64,000 nt of DNA from an uncultured Pseudomonadota bacterium (GCA_949297185.1 CASFRM010000005.1:2368-66367), one strand, 5' to 3'. Positions 19,245-30,191 are shown, numbered from the stretch's first letter. The notes: a model not told the origin generated them from the sequence alone. Made by a program: numbers and translations.

Positions 19245-19973
19245 CTATTCAATACCGTTAAACAAGCGAGACCATCTTATTTTTTTAGGCCAAGTCCAAG
19301 GCATATACCAAGCTTTTTGATCATTATGAGAAAAGAATAAGAAACGAGCCTTACCTACCAAATTTTCTTCCGGCACAAAACCTACATTTACTCTACTGTC
19401 ATCAGAACGATCGCGATTGTCACCCATCATAAAGAACATTCCATCGGGAACGGTAACTTCTTCAAAATTATCATTATCTTCCTGATCTGATACCTCCAAA
19501 ATGAAGTGTTCTTTACCCTCGGGCAATACCTCAACATATTTACGATATCTTTCTGCACTTCCGAAACGGCTACGGATTACAAATTCTTCTTCATTTTTGC
19601 GTTCCAACATCTTGCCGTTAATAAACAAACGACCGTCTTCCAATTTTATTTTATCACCCGGCAAGCCGATAACTCTTTTAATATAGTCCGTAGAATTATC
19701 TCTGGGATTTTTAAACACTACCACATCGCCTCTTTGCGGTTCATCATACCAAATTCTTCCCTCAAACAAAGGCAAACTGAACGGAAAAGAATGTTTTGAA
19801 TAACCATATGTATATTTCGAAACAAACAAATAATCGCCCACGTAAAGCGTCGGATACATCGAACCGGAAGGTATCTTAAACGGTTCAAACCATAAACTTC
19901 TGATAACTAAGGCTATTAATACGGCATAGATAATGGTTTTTATGGTATCAACAAAACTCTCTTCTTTTTCCAT
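19245..19973 (-). CDS. lepB: Signal peptidase I
   Basis: IPSGSM, YIKRVIG and GDNRD.S.DSR. Confidence 0.96.
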   Translation of the reverse strand: MEKEESFVDTIKTIIYAVLIALVIRSLWFEPFKIPSGSMYPTLYVGDYLFVSKYTYGYSKHSFPFSLPLFEGRIWYDEPQRGDVVVFKNPRDNSTDYIKRVIGLPGDKIKLEDGRLFINGKMLERKNEEEFVIRSRFGSAERYRKYVEVLPEGKEHFILEVSDQEDNDNFEEVTVPDGMFFMMGDNRDRSDDSRVNVGFVPEENLVGKARFLFFSHNDQKAWYMPWTWPKKIRWSRLFNGIE

Positions 19974-20035
19974 TTTAACCCCAAACAACACTATAATTTT
20001 GCAAAATCTAAGCCATCATACAGCATATTTTGAAA

Positions 20036-20434
20036 TTAACAACTACATTTTTCAATAATAACAACTGCTTGAGCATAACCATCATCATCACTGATAGAAA
20101 CCAAAACATTTATATCATCTTTTTTTGTCTGATTATGCAAAATTTCAAAAGCCTTACCGTAAAACTCCAACATCGGTCTACCGTTTTCATCGTGGATTAA
20201 TTCCACATCTCTAAACCTTATACCTTTAGCAAAGCCAACACCCAAAGCCTTAACTGCAGCCTCTTTAACCGCCCATATTTTGGCAACTTGTTTTGCCTTA
20301 TTTTTATTTTGCCCGTTGATATATTTTTTTTCTTCATCGGTACAAATTTTTTCCACAAAATCATCACCGCATTTTTCCAGTAAAGCGGCAATTCTTTTGA
20401 CAGCCACAACATCACAACCAAGCCCTGTTATCAT
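20036..20434 (-). CDS. acpS: Holo-ACP synthase
   Basis: GLG.D.V, AVKEAAVKALG and VSIS motifs. Position in the alpha-type operon. Confidence 0.9.
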   Translation of the reverse strand: MITGLGCDVVAVKRIAALLEKCGDDFVEKICTDEEKKYINGQNKNKAKQVAKIWAVKEAAVKALGVGFAKGIRFRDVELIHDENGRPMLEFYGKAFEILHNQTKKDDINVLVSISDDDGYAQAVVIIEKCSC

Positions 20435-20444
20435 ATCATTTTCC

Positions 20445-22589
20445 TTATTGATTGGCTCTTGCTACATAAGATACCGATTTTGAAGCCCTTAATGTTGTTA
20501 TAATATCGGTCAGATGCTTCAAATCCCTAACCTCAATATCGACAATAAGTTCAAAATAAGTCATTGTTCTGTTGGTTATGTTTAGATTTGCAATATTACC
20601 TTCACAACGAGCAATCATATTTGACAAATCGCCCAGAGTTCCGGGTTCATTAAGCAAAATAACCTTCAATCTACCGATATGCGATCCTTCTGTTGCACCG
20701 TCACCCCAAGAAATATCAAGCCATCTTTCCGGCTCAGAGGCATATCTTTCCAGTGCCTTACAATCAATTGAGTGCACTGCCACACCTTTTCCGGTTGTAA
20801 CAATACCGACAATTCTGTCCCCGGGCAACGGATGGCAACATCCGGCAAAATGCACCGCCATCCCCGGAATAAGTCCTTTAATTTGCACCGGATCGGACTT
20901 TGTTTTTTTATCAGATTTTCCAAAACCTCTAACCTTAAAGGACTTCACGACTTTTCCGAGTTTTGATTGTTTATAGCTTGGATATACGGCCTTCATCACA
21001 TCCCAAGCGCTAACCAATCCCTCACCGACTTTTGCATAAATATCTTCAACCGATTCGGCTTCAAAATTCGGCAATACACCGACCAATCCTTTTTCGCTGA
21101 ATTCTAAGTTTTCTCCCTTAAAAGTGCGTTCCAACATCTGCTCGCCCAAAGCGACAAATTGCTCGCGTTTATTGGCTCTGACATAACGTCTGATAGCGGC
21201 TTTTGCCTTACCGGTAACTACAAATCTGTCCCACTCCGGCGACGGATGTTGTGCTTTGGAGGTCAAAATTTCGACCTGATCACCATTTTGCAATACCGTA
21301 CGCAAAGGCTTTATTTCACCGTTAATTTTAGCCCCCACACAAGTGTTGCCAACCTTTGAGTGTACGGCATAGGCAAAATCGACCGGAGTTGAATTAATCG
21401 GCAAACCTATCAAATCGCCCTTAGGAGTAAAACAAAATACCTGATCGTTATACATCTCAAGCTTTGTATTTTCCAAAAACTCTTCAGGATTTGAGGCCTC
21501 TTCCAAAATCTCCAACAGCTCTTGTATCCAGCGGAAATTTTTACCGACCACTTTCTCGCCTTGTTTATATGCCCAGTGAGCTGCCACACCTTTTTCATTA
21601 ACCTCGTGCATTTCCTGAGTTCTGATTTGAATCTCAATACGAGTATTTTCAGGCCCGATAACACCGGTATGAATTGATTTATAACCATTGGGTTTCGGGG
21701 TTGAAATATAATCTTTAAATCTTCTCGGAACCATGTGATACTTGCTGTGAACAATACCCAAAGCCTGATAACAAGCCGCCACATCATCAACAATAATTCT
21801 AAAAGCCATAATGTCGGAAAGTTGCTCAAATGAGGCATTTTTCTTCTGCATTTTACGCCAAATCGAATAAGGCGATTTTTCTCTTCCCGAAATTGTAGCC
21901 TTAACTCCGCCTTCCTCCATATCTTTTTCAAGTTGTTTGATAATGGCCGGAACCAAATTGCTGCCTTGTTCACGCAAAAAATTCAATCTCGCGGTAATAG
22001 ATTCGTATGCTTCTTTATGCAGTTCCTTAAACGCTATTTCCTCTAATTCGGTCTTAATTTCCTGCATACCGATTCTCTCGGCCAAAGGAGCATAAATATC
22101 GAGAGTTTCTCTGGCAATTCGCATTCTTTTTTCGGGAGCACAAAAATGCAAAGTACGCATATTATGCAATCTGTCGGCCAATTTAATCAGCAACACCCTG
22201 ATATCTTCGGACATTGCAAGCAAGAGCTTTCTAAAATTTTCTGCCTGTTTGGTATCTTTTGACTTAAGCTCAATCATTGCCAACTTTGTTAACCCGTCAA
22301 CAATCTGAGCCACTTGCGGCCCAAACAATTCTCTGATTTCTTCAACCGTTGCATCGGTATCTTCCACGGTATCGTGCAACAAACCGGCAATAATTGATGT
22401 TGAATCAAGTTTAAATTTTGTAAGAATACCGGCAACTTCCACCGGATGAGAATAATACGGGTCTCCCGAAGTTCTTAGCTGTGCGCCATGCTTTTTCATG
22501 GCATAGACATATGCTCTATTCAACGCATCTTCATCTGCATCGGGATCATAAGATTTGACTAAATCAACAAGTTCGTACTGTCTTAACAT
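20445..22589 (-). CDS. spoT: Bifunctional (p)ppGpp synthetase/hydrolase (RSH)
   Basis: LHDTVED, KLADRLHNMRT, KDYI..PK.NGY.S.H, EIQIRT, TGS and ACT domains. Confidence 0.97.
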   Translation of the reverse strand: MLRQYELVDLVKSYDPDADEDALNRAYVYAMKKHGAQLRTSGDPYYSHPVEVAGILTKFKLDSTSIIAGLLHDTVEDTDATVEEIRELFGPQVAQIVDGLTKLAMIELKSKDTKQAENFRKLLLAMSEDIRVLLIKLADRLHNMRTLHFCAPEKRMRIARETLDIYAPLAERIGMQEIKTELEEIAFKELHKEAYESITARLNFLREQGSNLVPAIIKQLEKDMEEGGVKATISGREKSPYSIWRKMQKKNASFEQLSDIMAFRIIVDDVAACYQALGIVHSKYHMVPRRFKDYISTPKPNGYKSIHTGVIGPENTRIEIQIRTQEMHEVNEKGVAAHWAYKQGEKVVGKNFRWIQELLEILEEASNPEEFLENTKLEMYNDQVFCFTPKGDLIGLPINSTPVDFAYAVHSKVGNTCVGAKINGEIKPLRTVLQNGDQVEILTSKAQHPSPEWDRFVVTGKAKAAIRRYVRANKREQFVALGEQMLERTFKGENLEFSEKGLVGVLPNFEAESVEDIYAKVGEGLVSAWDVMKAVYPSYKQSKLGKVVKSFKVRGFGKSDKKTKSDPVQIKGLIPGMAVHFAGCCHPLPGDRIVGIVTTGKGVAVHSIDCKALERYASEPERWLDISWGDGATEGSHIGRLKVILLNEPGTLGDLSNMIARCEGNIANLNITNRTMTYFELIVDIEVRDLKHLTDIITTLRASKSVSYVARANQ

Positions 22590-22706
22590 TTTTCTGCTTC
22601 ACCAAATAAAAAATCAGCTATTTTTTTAAACTTATATCAAAGATTACTTAAATTAAGTTTAAATAGCTGATTTTTTTCTTGCAAGATTTTTTTTAAGAAT
22701 CAGAGC

Positions 22707-23189
22707 TTATTCATCAAAGTCATCGACATCATCAAATCCGTCATCGACCGAAATATCATCCAAGCCTTCATCATCTAAATCATCAGACATTTCATCGCCT
22801 TCTGCATCGGCATCCATATCCAAGCTGTCATCCTCGCCGTGTATCTGCATGGAATCTTTCAATTCATCTTGTGACAAAAGTCCGGAGAATTGTTCATCCA
22901 AATCAGCCAATTCTCTTTCGGCTGCCATAATTTCCAACTCTTCCTCTTCAGGCTCTTCAACCTCAACAAATTTCTGCAATCCCATAACCAAAGAACGTTG
23001 TAATTCTTCAATACTAACGGTTTCGGCGGCAATTTCACGTAAAGCCACTACCGAATTTTTATCATTATCACGATCGACGGTTAACGGAGCACCTGCGGCA
23101 ATATCTTTAGCTCTCTGAGCAGCCACCATCAACAATTCATAACGATTAGGAATTTTATCAATACAATCTTCCACCGTAACACGAGCCAT
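22707..23189 (-). CDS. rpoZ: RNA polymerase omega subunit with acidic tail
   Basis: [14 protein letters not shown] and [11 protein letters not shown]. Confidence 0.95.
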   Translation of the reverse strand: MARVTVEDCIDKIPNRYELLMVAAQRAKDIAAGAPLTVDRDNDKNSVVALREIAAETVSIEELQRSLVMGLQKFVEVEEPEEEELEIMAAERELADLDEQFSGLLSQDELKDSMQIHGEDDSLDMDADAEGDEMSDDLDDEGLDDISVDDGFDDVDDFDE

Positions 23190-23307
23190 TTTATCCAATC
23201 CTCATAAAAACAATTAACAAAAAAACGCGATTCGCCAATGGTATAAACACTTCATTTGCAAAAAGCAACAAAAAAATTATTTTTTCATTAAAAAACAGAT
23301 GGTTATT

Positions 23308-24555
23308 TTAATACCTCACTATTGGGTAACCAAACAGATTATAATTATGCTTTTGCAATTTTTCTTTAATCTGTTGCCGATTCTTTTTTACTTCCATAAC
23401 ATCTGATAATGGAGCCTTATGCGCCTGAATAATCGACTGCATTGTTGCAAGACGAACATTTTGTGTATACTCGCTCAACATACTCAATTTTTTATCATAC
23501 ACGCCGCTTCTGTACTCTCTGATTGCTCTGACCACACCGCTTCTAATATTTGCCAAACGATATGCTTTCAAGGTTTTATCGCAAGTATAAGCCCATTCAT
23601 TTAGGGTAAATCCTTCCTCTGCAACAATCTGAGCCAATTCACGCTCCTTATTTAATATTCTTGCTTTTTGTACCAATCTTGCACAAGGATTAACCATATC
23701 TTTCAATCCTGACGGAACATATTTGCCGATACCCTGTTCTTTTTCATACATCATCCACATAATGCCGATTCGCGTAAGCAAAAACTCATTTTGCGGTTCT
23801 TTAGCCCATTTATCAACTGCATCAATGGTTGCCACAAAGGCTTTTACATCTGCAGATGTCAGCAAAGTATTTTTATCTGGATTAAGTGTCCTCAAATCAC
23901 TCTTCGAGGCTTTTTCTTTTTCCTTATACCCCGGCATATATTTTTCGGGTTTTACCAATTTTTTAATAGCAGCATAAAACTCAGGATTATATTTTACTTT
24001 GGGATAATAAGGAGTTATTTGCGGTTGCTCTATATTCATTTCATACCCAGGCCAAGCCTCCGGCATCAGCAAGAAATACAACGAAGGCGACATAAATTCC
24101 AAATTTTCTACATCTTTGAGTTGCTCGGCAATTCTGGTCGGAAACTTATTTTTGGTTTCTTTAATCCCCGGCAGATTCAAAATTTTTTCCGACATATTCG
24201 GCACTTCAAAAAGCATAGGTCCCAAATACTGATAATATTTTTTAGGAATCATGGAAAGAAATTCAAGATAAAGATCTTCGCTCTCACCCTTAATTCTTTT
24301 TTCTTGAGTTCCATAAGTAGCAATAGTTACATAAAATTCTCTATCAAAATCGCCTAGAAGATCATAAAAATTACTGTATTTTTTGTTATAGTTATCATAC
24401 TTTGCCAAAGATTTTTCCAAATCTTCCGCACTAGGCAATTTATCTGTTTCGATATTGATATCAAAAAAATCGGCAAAATCAGCCACTCCCAGAGCCGATA
24501 CATTTCTGCTCCACATAATCAGGCATACGATTACCAATATTTTTAATAACTTCAT
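23308..24555 (-). CDS. Hypothetical exported protein
   Basis: About 415-aa ORF with a signal peptide from ATG 24555. Confidence 0.75.
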   Translation of the reverse strand: MKLLKILVIVCLIMWSRNVSALGVADFADFFDINIETDKLPSAEDLEKSLAKYDNYNKKYSNFYDLLGDFDREFYVTIATYGTQEKRIKGESEDLYLEFLSMIPKKYYQYLGPMLFEVPNMSEKILNLPGIKETKNKFPTRIAEQLKDVENLEFMSPSLYFLLMPEAWPGYEMNIEQPQITPYYPKVKYNPEFYAAIKKLVKPEKYMPGYKEKEKASKSDLRTLNPDKNTLLTSADVKAFVATIDAVDKWAKEPQNEFLLTRIGIMWMMYEKEQGIGKYVPSGLKDMVNPCARLVQKARILNKERELAQIVAEEGFTLNEWAYTCDKTLKAYRLANIRSGVVRAIREYRSGVYDKKLSMLSEYTQNVRLATMQSIIQAHKAPLSDVMEVKKNRQQIKEKLQKHNYNLFGYPIVRY

Positions 24556-24713
24556 TCTACCTAAACTCCGCACACTTATTTAAATAAAAATAGCACAGTA
24601 AACTCTAAAAAATTATAAACAAACCAAAAATAAAAAAAATATGCTAGACTCTGATTTATAATTACCCTATTATGCGGACATAGATTGAATTTAATGTTTT
24701 AAGGAGATATCAC

Positions 24714-25316
24714 ATGCCCTGGACAGATGAAATGGTCGAAGAGTTAAAAAGATTGTGGGCCGAAGGCGTTACAACCGGGGAGATCGGCCGCCGTCTTAAC
24801 ATATCCAAAAACTCTATTGTCGGAAAGGTTCACCGCTTAGGACTTTCCGGTCGTCCTTCTCCGATAAAAAGAAAAAATGAGACAGATAACAGCAAACCGG
24901 CTGCCAAAAAAGAGGCTGCACCTAAAGAGAAAAAATGCTGCAAACAAAAAGAAGCCCCTAAGAAAGAACCAAAGGCTGAAGAAAAAGCAGCACCCAAAGC
25001 ACAAAAGCCGGAAGCTCCCACCAAACCGGAAGTTAAAGCTGAGGAAGCTCCGATAAAGAAACCAGCTCCGGCAAAAGCCTCAATTTCTCAAGATGATGAA
25101 GACATCAAGTTAGCCAAGAGCATGAATATCACCTCAGATACTCCTGCTCACAAAGGTCATTTTTCATTAACCGATCTAGACAATCACACCTGCCGCTGGC
25201 CGATAGGCGATCCCAAAGATGAAAACTTCCATTTTTGCGGCAAAAAAGTTCGTATCGGACAAACCTATTGTGAAGAGCATGCTGCAATAGCTTATGTAAG
25301 AAACAATAAGAAATAA
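24714..25316 (+). CDS. gcrA: Cell cycle regulator GcrA
   Basis: WTDE...L..LW..G, NSIVGKVHRLGL and CRWPIGDP...FHFCG...YCEEH. Confidence 0.93.
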   Translation: MPWTDEMVEELKRLWAEGVTTGEIGRRLNISKNSIVGKVHRLGLSGRPSPIKRKNETDNSKPAAKKEAAPKEKKCCKQKEAPKKEPKAEEKAAPKAQKPEAPTKPEVKAEEAPIKKPAPAKASISQDDEDIKLAKSMNITSDTPAHKGHFSLTDLDNHTCRWPIGDPKDENFHFCGKKVRIGQTYCEEHAAIAYVRNNKK

Positions 25317-25323
25317 AAAAAGC

Positions 25324-25358
25324 AAAAAGGCGAAATCAAAAAATGATTTCGCCTTTTT
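25324..25358. terminator. Bidirectional intrinsic terminator
   Basis: AAAAAGGCGAAATCA...TGATTTCGCCTTTTT. Confidence 0.85.
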
Positions 25359-25359
25359 C

Positions 25360-25695
25360 TTATTCCCATATAATTGCTACCTCACCTTTGTGAGTTGTAA
25401 TTTTGCCTGTGCGTCCACAGTCATTCACCAGTACTTTTTTTCTGCCCTTTTCCGGAACAACATTCCGCCACGGAAATTTCACCGGACATACATAAGCATG
25501 ACGAGAAACAGCTTCCAATATAAAGCATACTTCTTCTTTCCGCTTTTTTCCGATTACTACCCAGATCGGGCCGTCAGTAACTTCATCGGTTTCCACCAAC
25601 TCTGCTTGAGGAGCAAATTCGACACCTTGCCAATCATTTTCAAAACATGACTTTAACATCAAAGCCACGCTAGTTTGGGTTTCAATTTTTTTCAT
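25360..25695 (-). CDS. Hypothetical protein
   Basis: 111-aa ORF with an AT-rich SD-less start, ending at the terminator. Confidence 0.6.
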   Translation of the reverse strand: MKKIETQTSVALMLKSCFENDWQGVEFAPQAELVETDEVTDGPIWVVIGKKRKEEVCFILEAVSRHAYVCPVKFPWRNVVPEKGRKKVLVNDCGRTGKITTHKGEVAIIWE

Positions 25696-25852
25696 AATAA
25701 TTAATTAAATTAAACAAAATATAAGATTATCTAAGTAAATAGATAGCACATTTTAGACAAAAGTAAACAAATTTTTTATTCTTTAAAAATATTTAACTTT
25801 TATTACATATATTAATGCGTGTATTTATCAACCTTAATTAAGGAATATTATC

Positions 25853-27058
25853 ATGAGCAGCCTCAAGCCATACCTTTTTGCCGTATCAGCACTTGTTTTA
25901 GCATCTTCGCAGGCCTTTGCCTCATCAAACAACGAAGACCAATTTTTACAACCCGACAACTATCGTTTTCCTCGTCTTCGCGGCATAGGAGCCGATTATC
26001 TGAAATTCAAAAAAATACTCAAAGAAAAATATGGCTTTGATTACTCTTTTACCACATCTTTTACCGGTCAATACGGCGCCCCCGGAGGTCATGTAACATC
26101 ACTACAAACAGCTCTCTTTCCGTCATTTAGTTGGCAATTCTTAAACAACGAGCATGGTAAGGCATCACTCAATTTTGCCTATAACATAGTGCAATATACC
26201 GGAGCCAATTCCGGCACCATAGATAACAATATCGGCGTAGTATCATCAATTAACGACTTTGATGAAAAAACACACGAACTCCCCAAATTCTATATTGACT
26301 ACACTCTTCCCGCATCAGCAGATTGGCTTACTATCGGTTTTGGTCAATATCCGATATCAATGTTTGATTCCATATCCTATGCCTCCTACAAATCTGAAAA
26401 TTTTGTAAACTGGAATTTTTCGACCAATGCCTCTGCTTCTTATCCTTCGGCCGGTGTCGGTACATACTTTCGTATAAATCCCGAAGATACCTGGAATCTT
26501 GTTTTAGGCTTTCAAGATGCCACCAATGTTGACGGCAATGACTTATCCGTTTCCAACCTAGGTGAAGGCCACTATGCCACTTTTGGAGTAGCTTCCTATA
26601 CCCCAACATTCACAAACCTCGGTGCCGGACAATACTCACTTATGCTCTACCACCAACCATGGGTCAAAGCCCAACCCCAAACCACTCAAGGCTATTCTTT
26701 TAGCATGGCTCAAAATCTGGGGGATAAATGGACCGTGTTTGGCCGCATAAATGGGGTAAGCGGCAATGTCGAAGATATTAACCGAGCTTACCTTTTAGGT
26801 GTTGCCGTAAACAATCCATTCAACCGCAATCCGCTTGACCAAATAGGCTTTGCCGGAGCCCTCAACCATATAGATAAAGACGCTCTGTCAACTCCAGCCA
26901 CACACAACTACGAAAAAGTATTCGATACATATATGACCTTTGGCGTATCACAGTGGATGACCATAACACCTGATTTTCAATTTTATCTTGATCCGGCAGC
27001 TAATCCGACATCAGATACCGCCTTTGTCTTTTCGCTTGATGTCTCGTTATTCTTTTAA
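25853..27058 (+). CDS. Carbohydrate-selective porin (OprB-like)
   Basis: Signal peptide, beta-strand pattern, R..DQIG, ITPDFQ...DPA and terminal F. Confidence 0.75.
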   Translation: MSSLKPYLFAVSALVLASSQAFASSNNEDQFLQPDNYRFPRLRGIGADYLKFKKILKEKYGFDYSFTTSFTGQYGAPGGHVTSLQTALFPSFSWQFLNNEHGKASLNFAYNIVQYTGANSGTIDNNIGVVSSINDFDEKTHELPKFYIDYTLPASADWLTIGFGQYPISMFDSISYASYKSENFVNWNFSTNASASYPSAGVGTYFRINPEDTWNLVLGFQDATNVDGNDLSVSNLGEGHYATFGVASYTPTFTNLGAGQYSLMLYHQPWVKAQPQTTQGYSFSMAQNLGDKWTVFGRINGVSGNVEDINRAYLLGVAVNNPFNRNPLDQIGFAGALNHIDKDALSTPATHNYEKVFDTYMTFGVSQWMTITPDFQFYLDPAANPTSDTAFVFSLDVSLFF

Positions 27059-27174
27059 AAAAAAGATAAAAATCTTGTATAAAACCAGGTCGGTTTTAAA
27101 AGTTTAACTTTACAACAAGTTTTGATTCGCGTTAAATTATGGCAAGTTTGATTATCGAGGAAAAGGCTTAATTT

Positions 27175-27696
27175 ATGAAGAGAATTTTTTTATTTATAGC
27201 CTCTTTGGCATTAGCCTCTTGCCAAAGCAAGATTGAGGAGGCACCGATGGTAACAACTCCCGAACCGCAAACAAAACAAACCGTAAGCGACTTAAAAATA
27301 ATCGGCGGAGTCGAAACCTTATATGTCTTGCCCATAAATATGCCTTTTCAAGCTCGCATTGACACCGGAGCCGAAACATCTTCCATAGATGTGCAAAACA
27401 TGCGTCCTTTTGAAAGAGATGGCGACAAATGGGTTTCTTTTGACATCATAAACCGCAAAAACGGCGAAAAACACCACTTTGAGAAGCCGGTAATACGTCG
27501 CACCAACATAGTTCGTATAGAAGATAAAGAACACCGCTATGTAGTAAACATGAGTATCAAAATGGGTGATGAAATCATCAGCACCGAATTCACTTTGGCA
27601 GAACGCGAAAAATTTACCTATCAGGTACTAATCGGCCGCAACATCTTAAACGGTCGTTTTATTGTTGATTCTTCCCAACAAAACACTCTGCACTAA
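27175..27696 (+). CDS. RimK/ATP-grasp-associated putative protease (Zn_protease family, retropepsin-like DTG), lipoprotein
   Basis: LALASC lipobox, IGGVE, ARIDTGAETSS and LIGRN.L. Confidence 0.85.
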   Translation: MKRIFLFIASLALASCQSKIEEAPMVTTPEPQTKQTVSDLKIIGGVETLYVLPINMPFQARIDTGAETSSIDVQNMRPFERDGDKWVSFDIINRKNGEKHHFEKPVIRRTNIVRIEDKEHRYVVNMSIKMGDEIISTEFTLAEREKFTYQVLIGRNILNGRFIVDSSQQNTLH

Positions 27697-27710
27697 AGGT
27701 CTTTAGACAC

Positions 27711-29240
27711 ATGAAAAAACTTATATCTGTCCGCTTACTCTTATCAATCGGCTTAATATTATCAATGATTTTTGCCGGCTACAGCATATACTACAAAGTT
27801 AAGTATTGGGGTTTCAGCATATCACCCAAACAAAATGCCAATGTCTGGGCAATTGAGGCCAACATTAACTTTATTGCCGATGGCACTCCCATCAAAGTAA
27901 GCTTGGGCATTCCGACCAAAAACAAAGGCTTTAAGATATTGGAAGAAAATATTATTGCCAACGGCTATAAGACCCAAAAACATGCCGACAGAATAGTTTT
28001 TTCTACCCACAACATGATTGGCGAACAAAATCTTTATTACAAAATTATAGTTTTTGACAACATCAATACTAAAGACAAGCTAAAAGACAAAGCTCCCAAG
28101 GCTCCGTTAATGCCTCAGTTTGACGAGCAAAAGATGGCTCAAGCCCGCCAGATATTAGAAATTGCCGATAAATTATCCGGCAAAGACAAAGTCGAAAAAC
28201 TAATCAAACTATTCAATGAAGAACCCTTAAATCCGGCTCTCAAATCTTATATTCCGGTACAAAACACCACCAAGAGCAAAATAAACCAAATGCGTGAGCT
28301 TTTGGCTATTGAAGGAATTTCCACCCGCATTGCTCGTGGTCTAAAGTTAGAAGAAGGACAAAAAGTAACTCCTGATATGATGCTCGAAGCATACAATAAC
28401 GGAGCGTGGAGAATATATGATGTAACAACCGGAAAGATTGGTTTACCCGATAACTTCTTACTATTCCAACGCGGCGGCGATTCTCTGCTTGATGTTGAAG
28501 GCGGCACGGATTCTTCGGTTAAGTTTTCGATTGCCAAATCCATCACCTCGACCATGAATCTGGCCAGTCAACGAGCCAAACAAGCTAAAAAAGCCGGTTG
28601 GTTTGACCACTCGATTTACAACTTGCCCTTAGCACAACAAAACACCCTAAAATGGTTGTCGGTATTTCCGATAGGCATTCTATTGGTTGTCCTCATGCGC
28701 AACATTGTCGGTGTACAAACCATGGGTACCTTTACCCCGATGTTAATATCCATGTCTTTGGTCAAGACCGGATTTATCACCGGACTGGTTTGCTTTTTAG
28801 CCATAATTCTGCTCGGATTGGGTATCCGCTTTATCATGTCTAAACTCAACCTTTTATTGGTTCCGAGAATTTCGGCAGTGGTAATTTTTGTAATATTGAT
28901 AATCCACGGCCTAACCTTTGTCGGTTATAACTTTGACATCAAGATAGCTCAAGCCTCGGTATTTTTCCCGATAATCATTACCGCTTGGGTTATTGAAAGA
29001 GCTTCCATTACTTGGGAAGAAGACGGACCGCTTAATGCCGGAACCGAATTGTTAAACAGTTTATTGGTAGGTATTATTGTCTACTTTATAATTGCCAACG
29101 ACTATGTTCGCCATATAATGTTTGTATTCAACGAACTCAACATCGTAATCTTGTTTATAGTCATGTTGCTTGGTACCTATACCGGCTATCGTTTAACCGA
29201 GTTAAGAAGATTTGCGCCGTTGGTAAAAAAGGTAAAATAA
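27711..29240 (+). CDS. Inactive transglutaminase domain fused to a 7TM domain
   Basis: SIYNLP, G..T.GTF.P.L, L.LLLVPRISAV, FP.II.AW.IER and LGTYTGYRL.EL.RF. Confidence 0.88.
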   Translation: MKKLISVRLLLSIGLILSMIFAGYSIYYKVKYWGFSISPKQNANVWAIEANINFIADGTPIKVSLGIPTKNKGFKILEENIIANGYKTQKHADRIVFSTHNMIGEQNLYYKIIVFDNINTKDKLKDKAPKAPLMPQFDEQKMAQARQILEIADKLSGKDKVEKLIKLFNEEPLNPALKSYIPVQNTTKSKINQMRELLAIEGISTRIARGLKLEEGQKVTPDMMLEAYNNGAWRIYDVTTGKIGLPDNFLLFQRGGDSLLDVEGGTDSSVKFSIAKSITSTMNLASQRAKQAKKAGWFDHSIYNLPLAQQNTLKWLSVFPIGILLVVLMRNIVGVQTMGTFTPMLISMSLVKTGFITGLVCFLAIILLGLGIRFIMSKLNLLLVPRISAVVIFVILIIHGLTFVGYNFDIKIAQASVFFPIIITAWVIERASITWEEDGPLNAGTELLNSLLVGIIVYFIIANDYVRHIMFVFNELNIVILFIVMLLGTYTGYRLTELRRFAPLVKKVK

Positions 29241-29243
29241 ACA

Positions 29244-30191
29244 ATGTTTGATTGGTTCAAGAAATTTACATCTCCCAAGCTGTTACGAGCCAAAGGCGTA
29301 CTTGGCATGAACGCCCGCAACTTTCATATAATAAGCCGGTACAATCCTCGCCGATTATATCCTCTGGTAGATGATAAAGTCCAAACCAAAGCACTGGCTC
29401 TGCAATATGGAGTAAACACCCCCAATTTGATTGGTGTCATTGAGCACCAGTTTCAGGTAAAAAACATCTTAAAGATGGTCGAAAATCATAGCGAATTTGT
29501 AGTTAAACCCTCACATGGCTCCGGCGGCAAAGGAGTGTTGGTAATTAAGGGCTACGCGGAAAATTCTTTTACCCTTCCCTCCGGCAAGACCATAACCTAC
29601 AACGAGCTATACCAACATATTTCCAATATTTTAAGCGGCTTATATTCACTTGGCGGTCGCTACGACAGTGCCTTAGTTGAAGAAGTCGTCCATTTTTCAG
29701 ACATTTTTAAGGACTATAGTTATCAAGGGGTTCCCGATGTCAGAGTTATCGTCTACAAGGGCTATCCGATAATGGCGATGAGCCGCCTGTCAACAGCCGA
29801 ATCCGGCGGTCGCGCCAACCTGCACCAAGGTGCCGTAGGAGTAGGATTGGATATTAAAACCGGCAAAACCCAAAAAGCCGTCCAACACAACATGCCCATA
29901 ACCTACCACCCCGACACTAAAGCCGATTTAAGAAAAATTGTCGTACCTTTGTGGCGCGAACATTTGCTGATAGCCGCCAAAGCTTACGAAATGACCGGAC
30001 TGGGATATTTCGGAGCCGATATTGTGCTTGACGCCCAAAAAGGCCCAATGATGTTGGAACTCAACGCCCGCCCCGGCTTAGCCATTCAAATAGCCAACGG
30101 CTTAGGATTAAAAAAGGCAATTAAGCGGGTTGATAAAAAATATCCTTCCGGATTAACCGCCGAGCAACGCGTTGATTATGTATTGGCTTAA
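29244..30191 (+). CDS. Alpha-L-glutamate ligase-like ATP-grasp protein
   Basis: GMN.RN, YPLVDDK..TK, FVVKP..GSGG.G, GVPDVR, ANLHQGA.G and LELNARPGLAIQIAN. Confidence 0.92.
   Translation: MFDWFKKFTSPKLLRAKGVLGMNARNFHIISRYNPRRLYPLVDDKVQTKALALQYGVNTPNLIGVIEHQFQVKNILKMVENHSEFVVKPSHGSGGKGVLVIKGYAENSFTLPSGKTITYNELYQHISNILSGLYSLGGRYDSALVEEVVHFSDIFKDYSYQGVPDVRVIVYKGYPIMAMSRLSTAESGGRANLHQGAVGVGLDIKTGKTQKAVQHNMPITYHPDTKADLRKIVVPLWREHLLIAAKAYEMTGLGYFGADIVLDAQKGPMMLELNARPGLAIQIANGLGLKKAIKRVDKKYPSGLTAEQRVDYVLA

Noticed and set aside
22707-22950. Asp/Glu-rich tail of RpoZ as a novelty
   Set aside because: Acidic C-terminal extensions are normal for alphaproteobacterial omega subunits.
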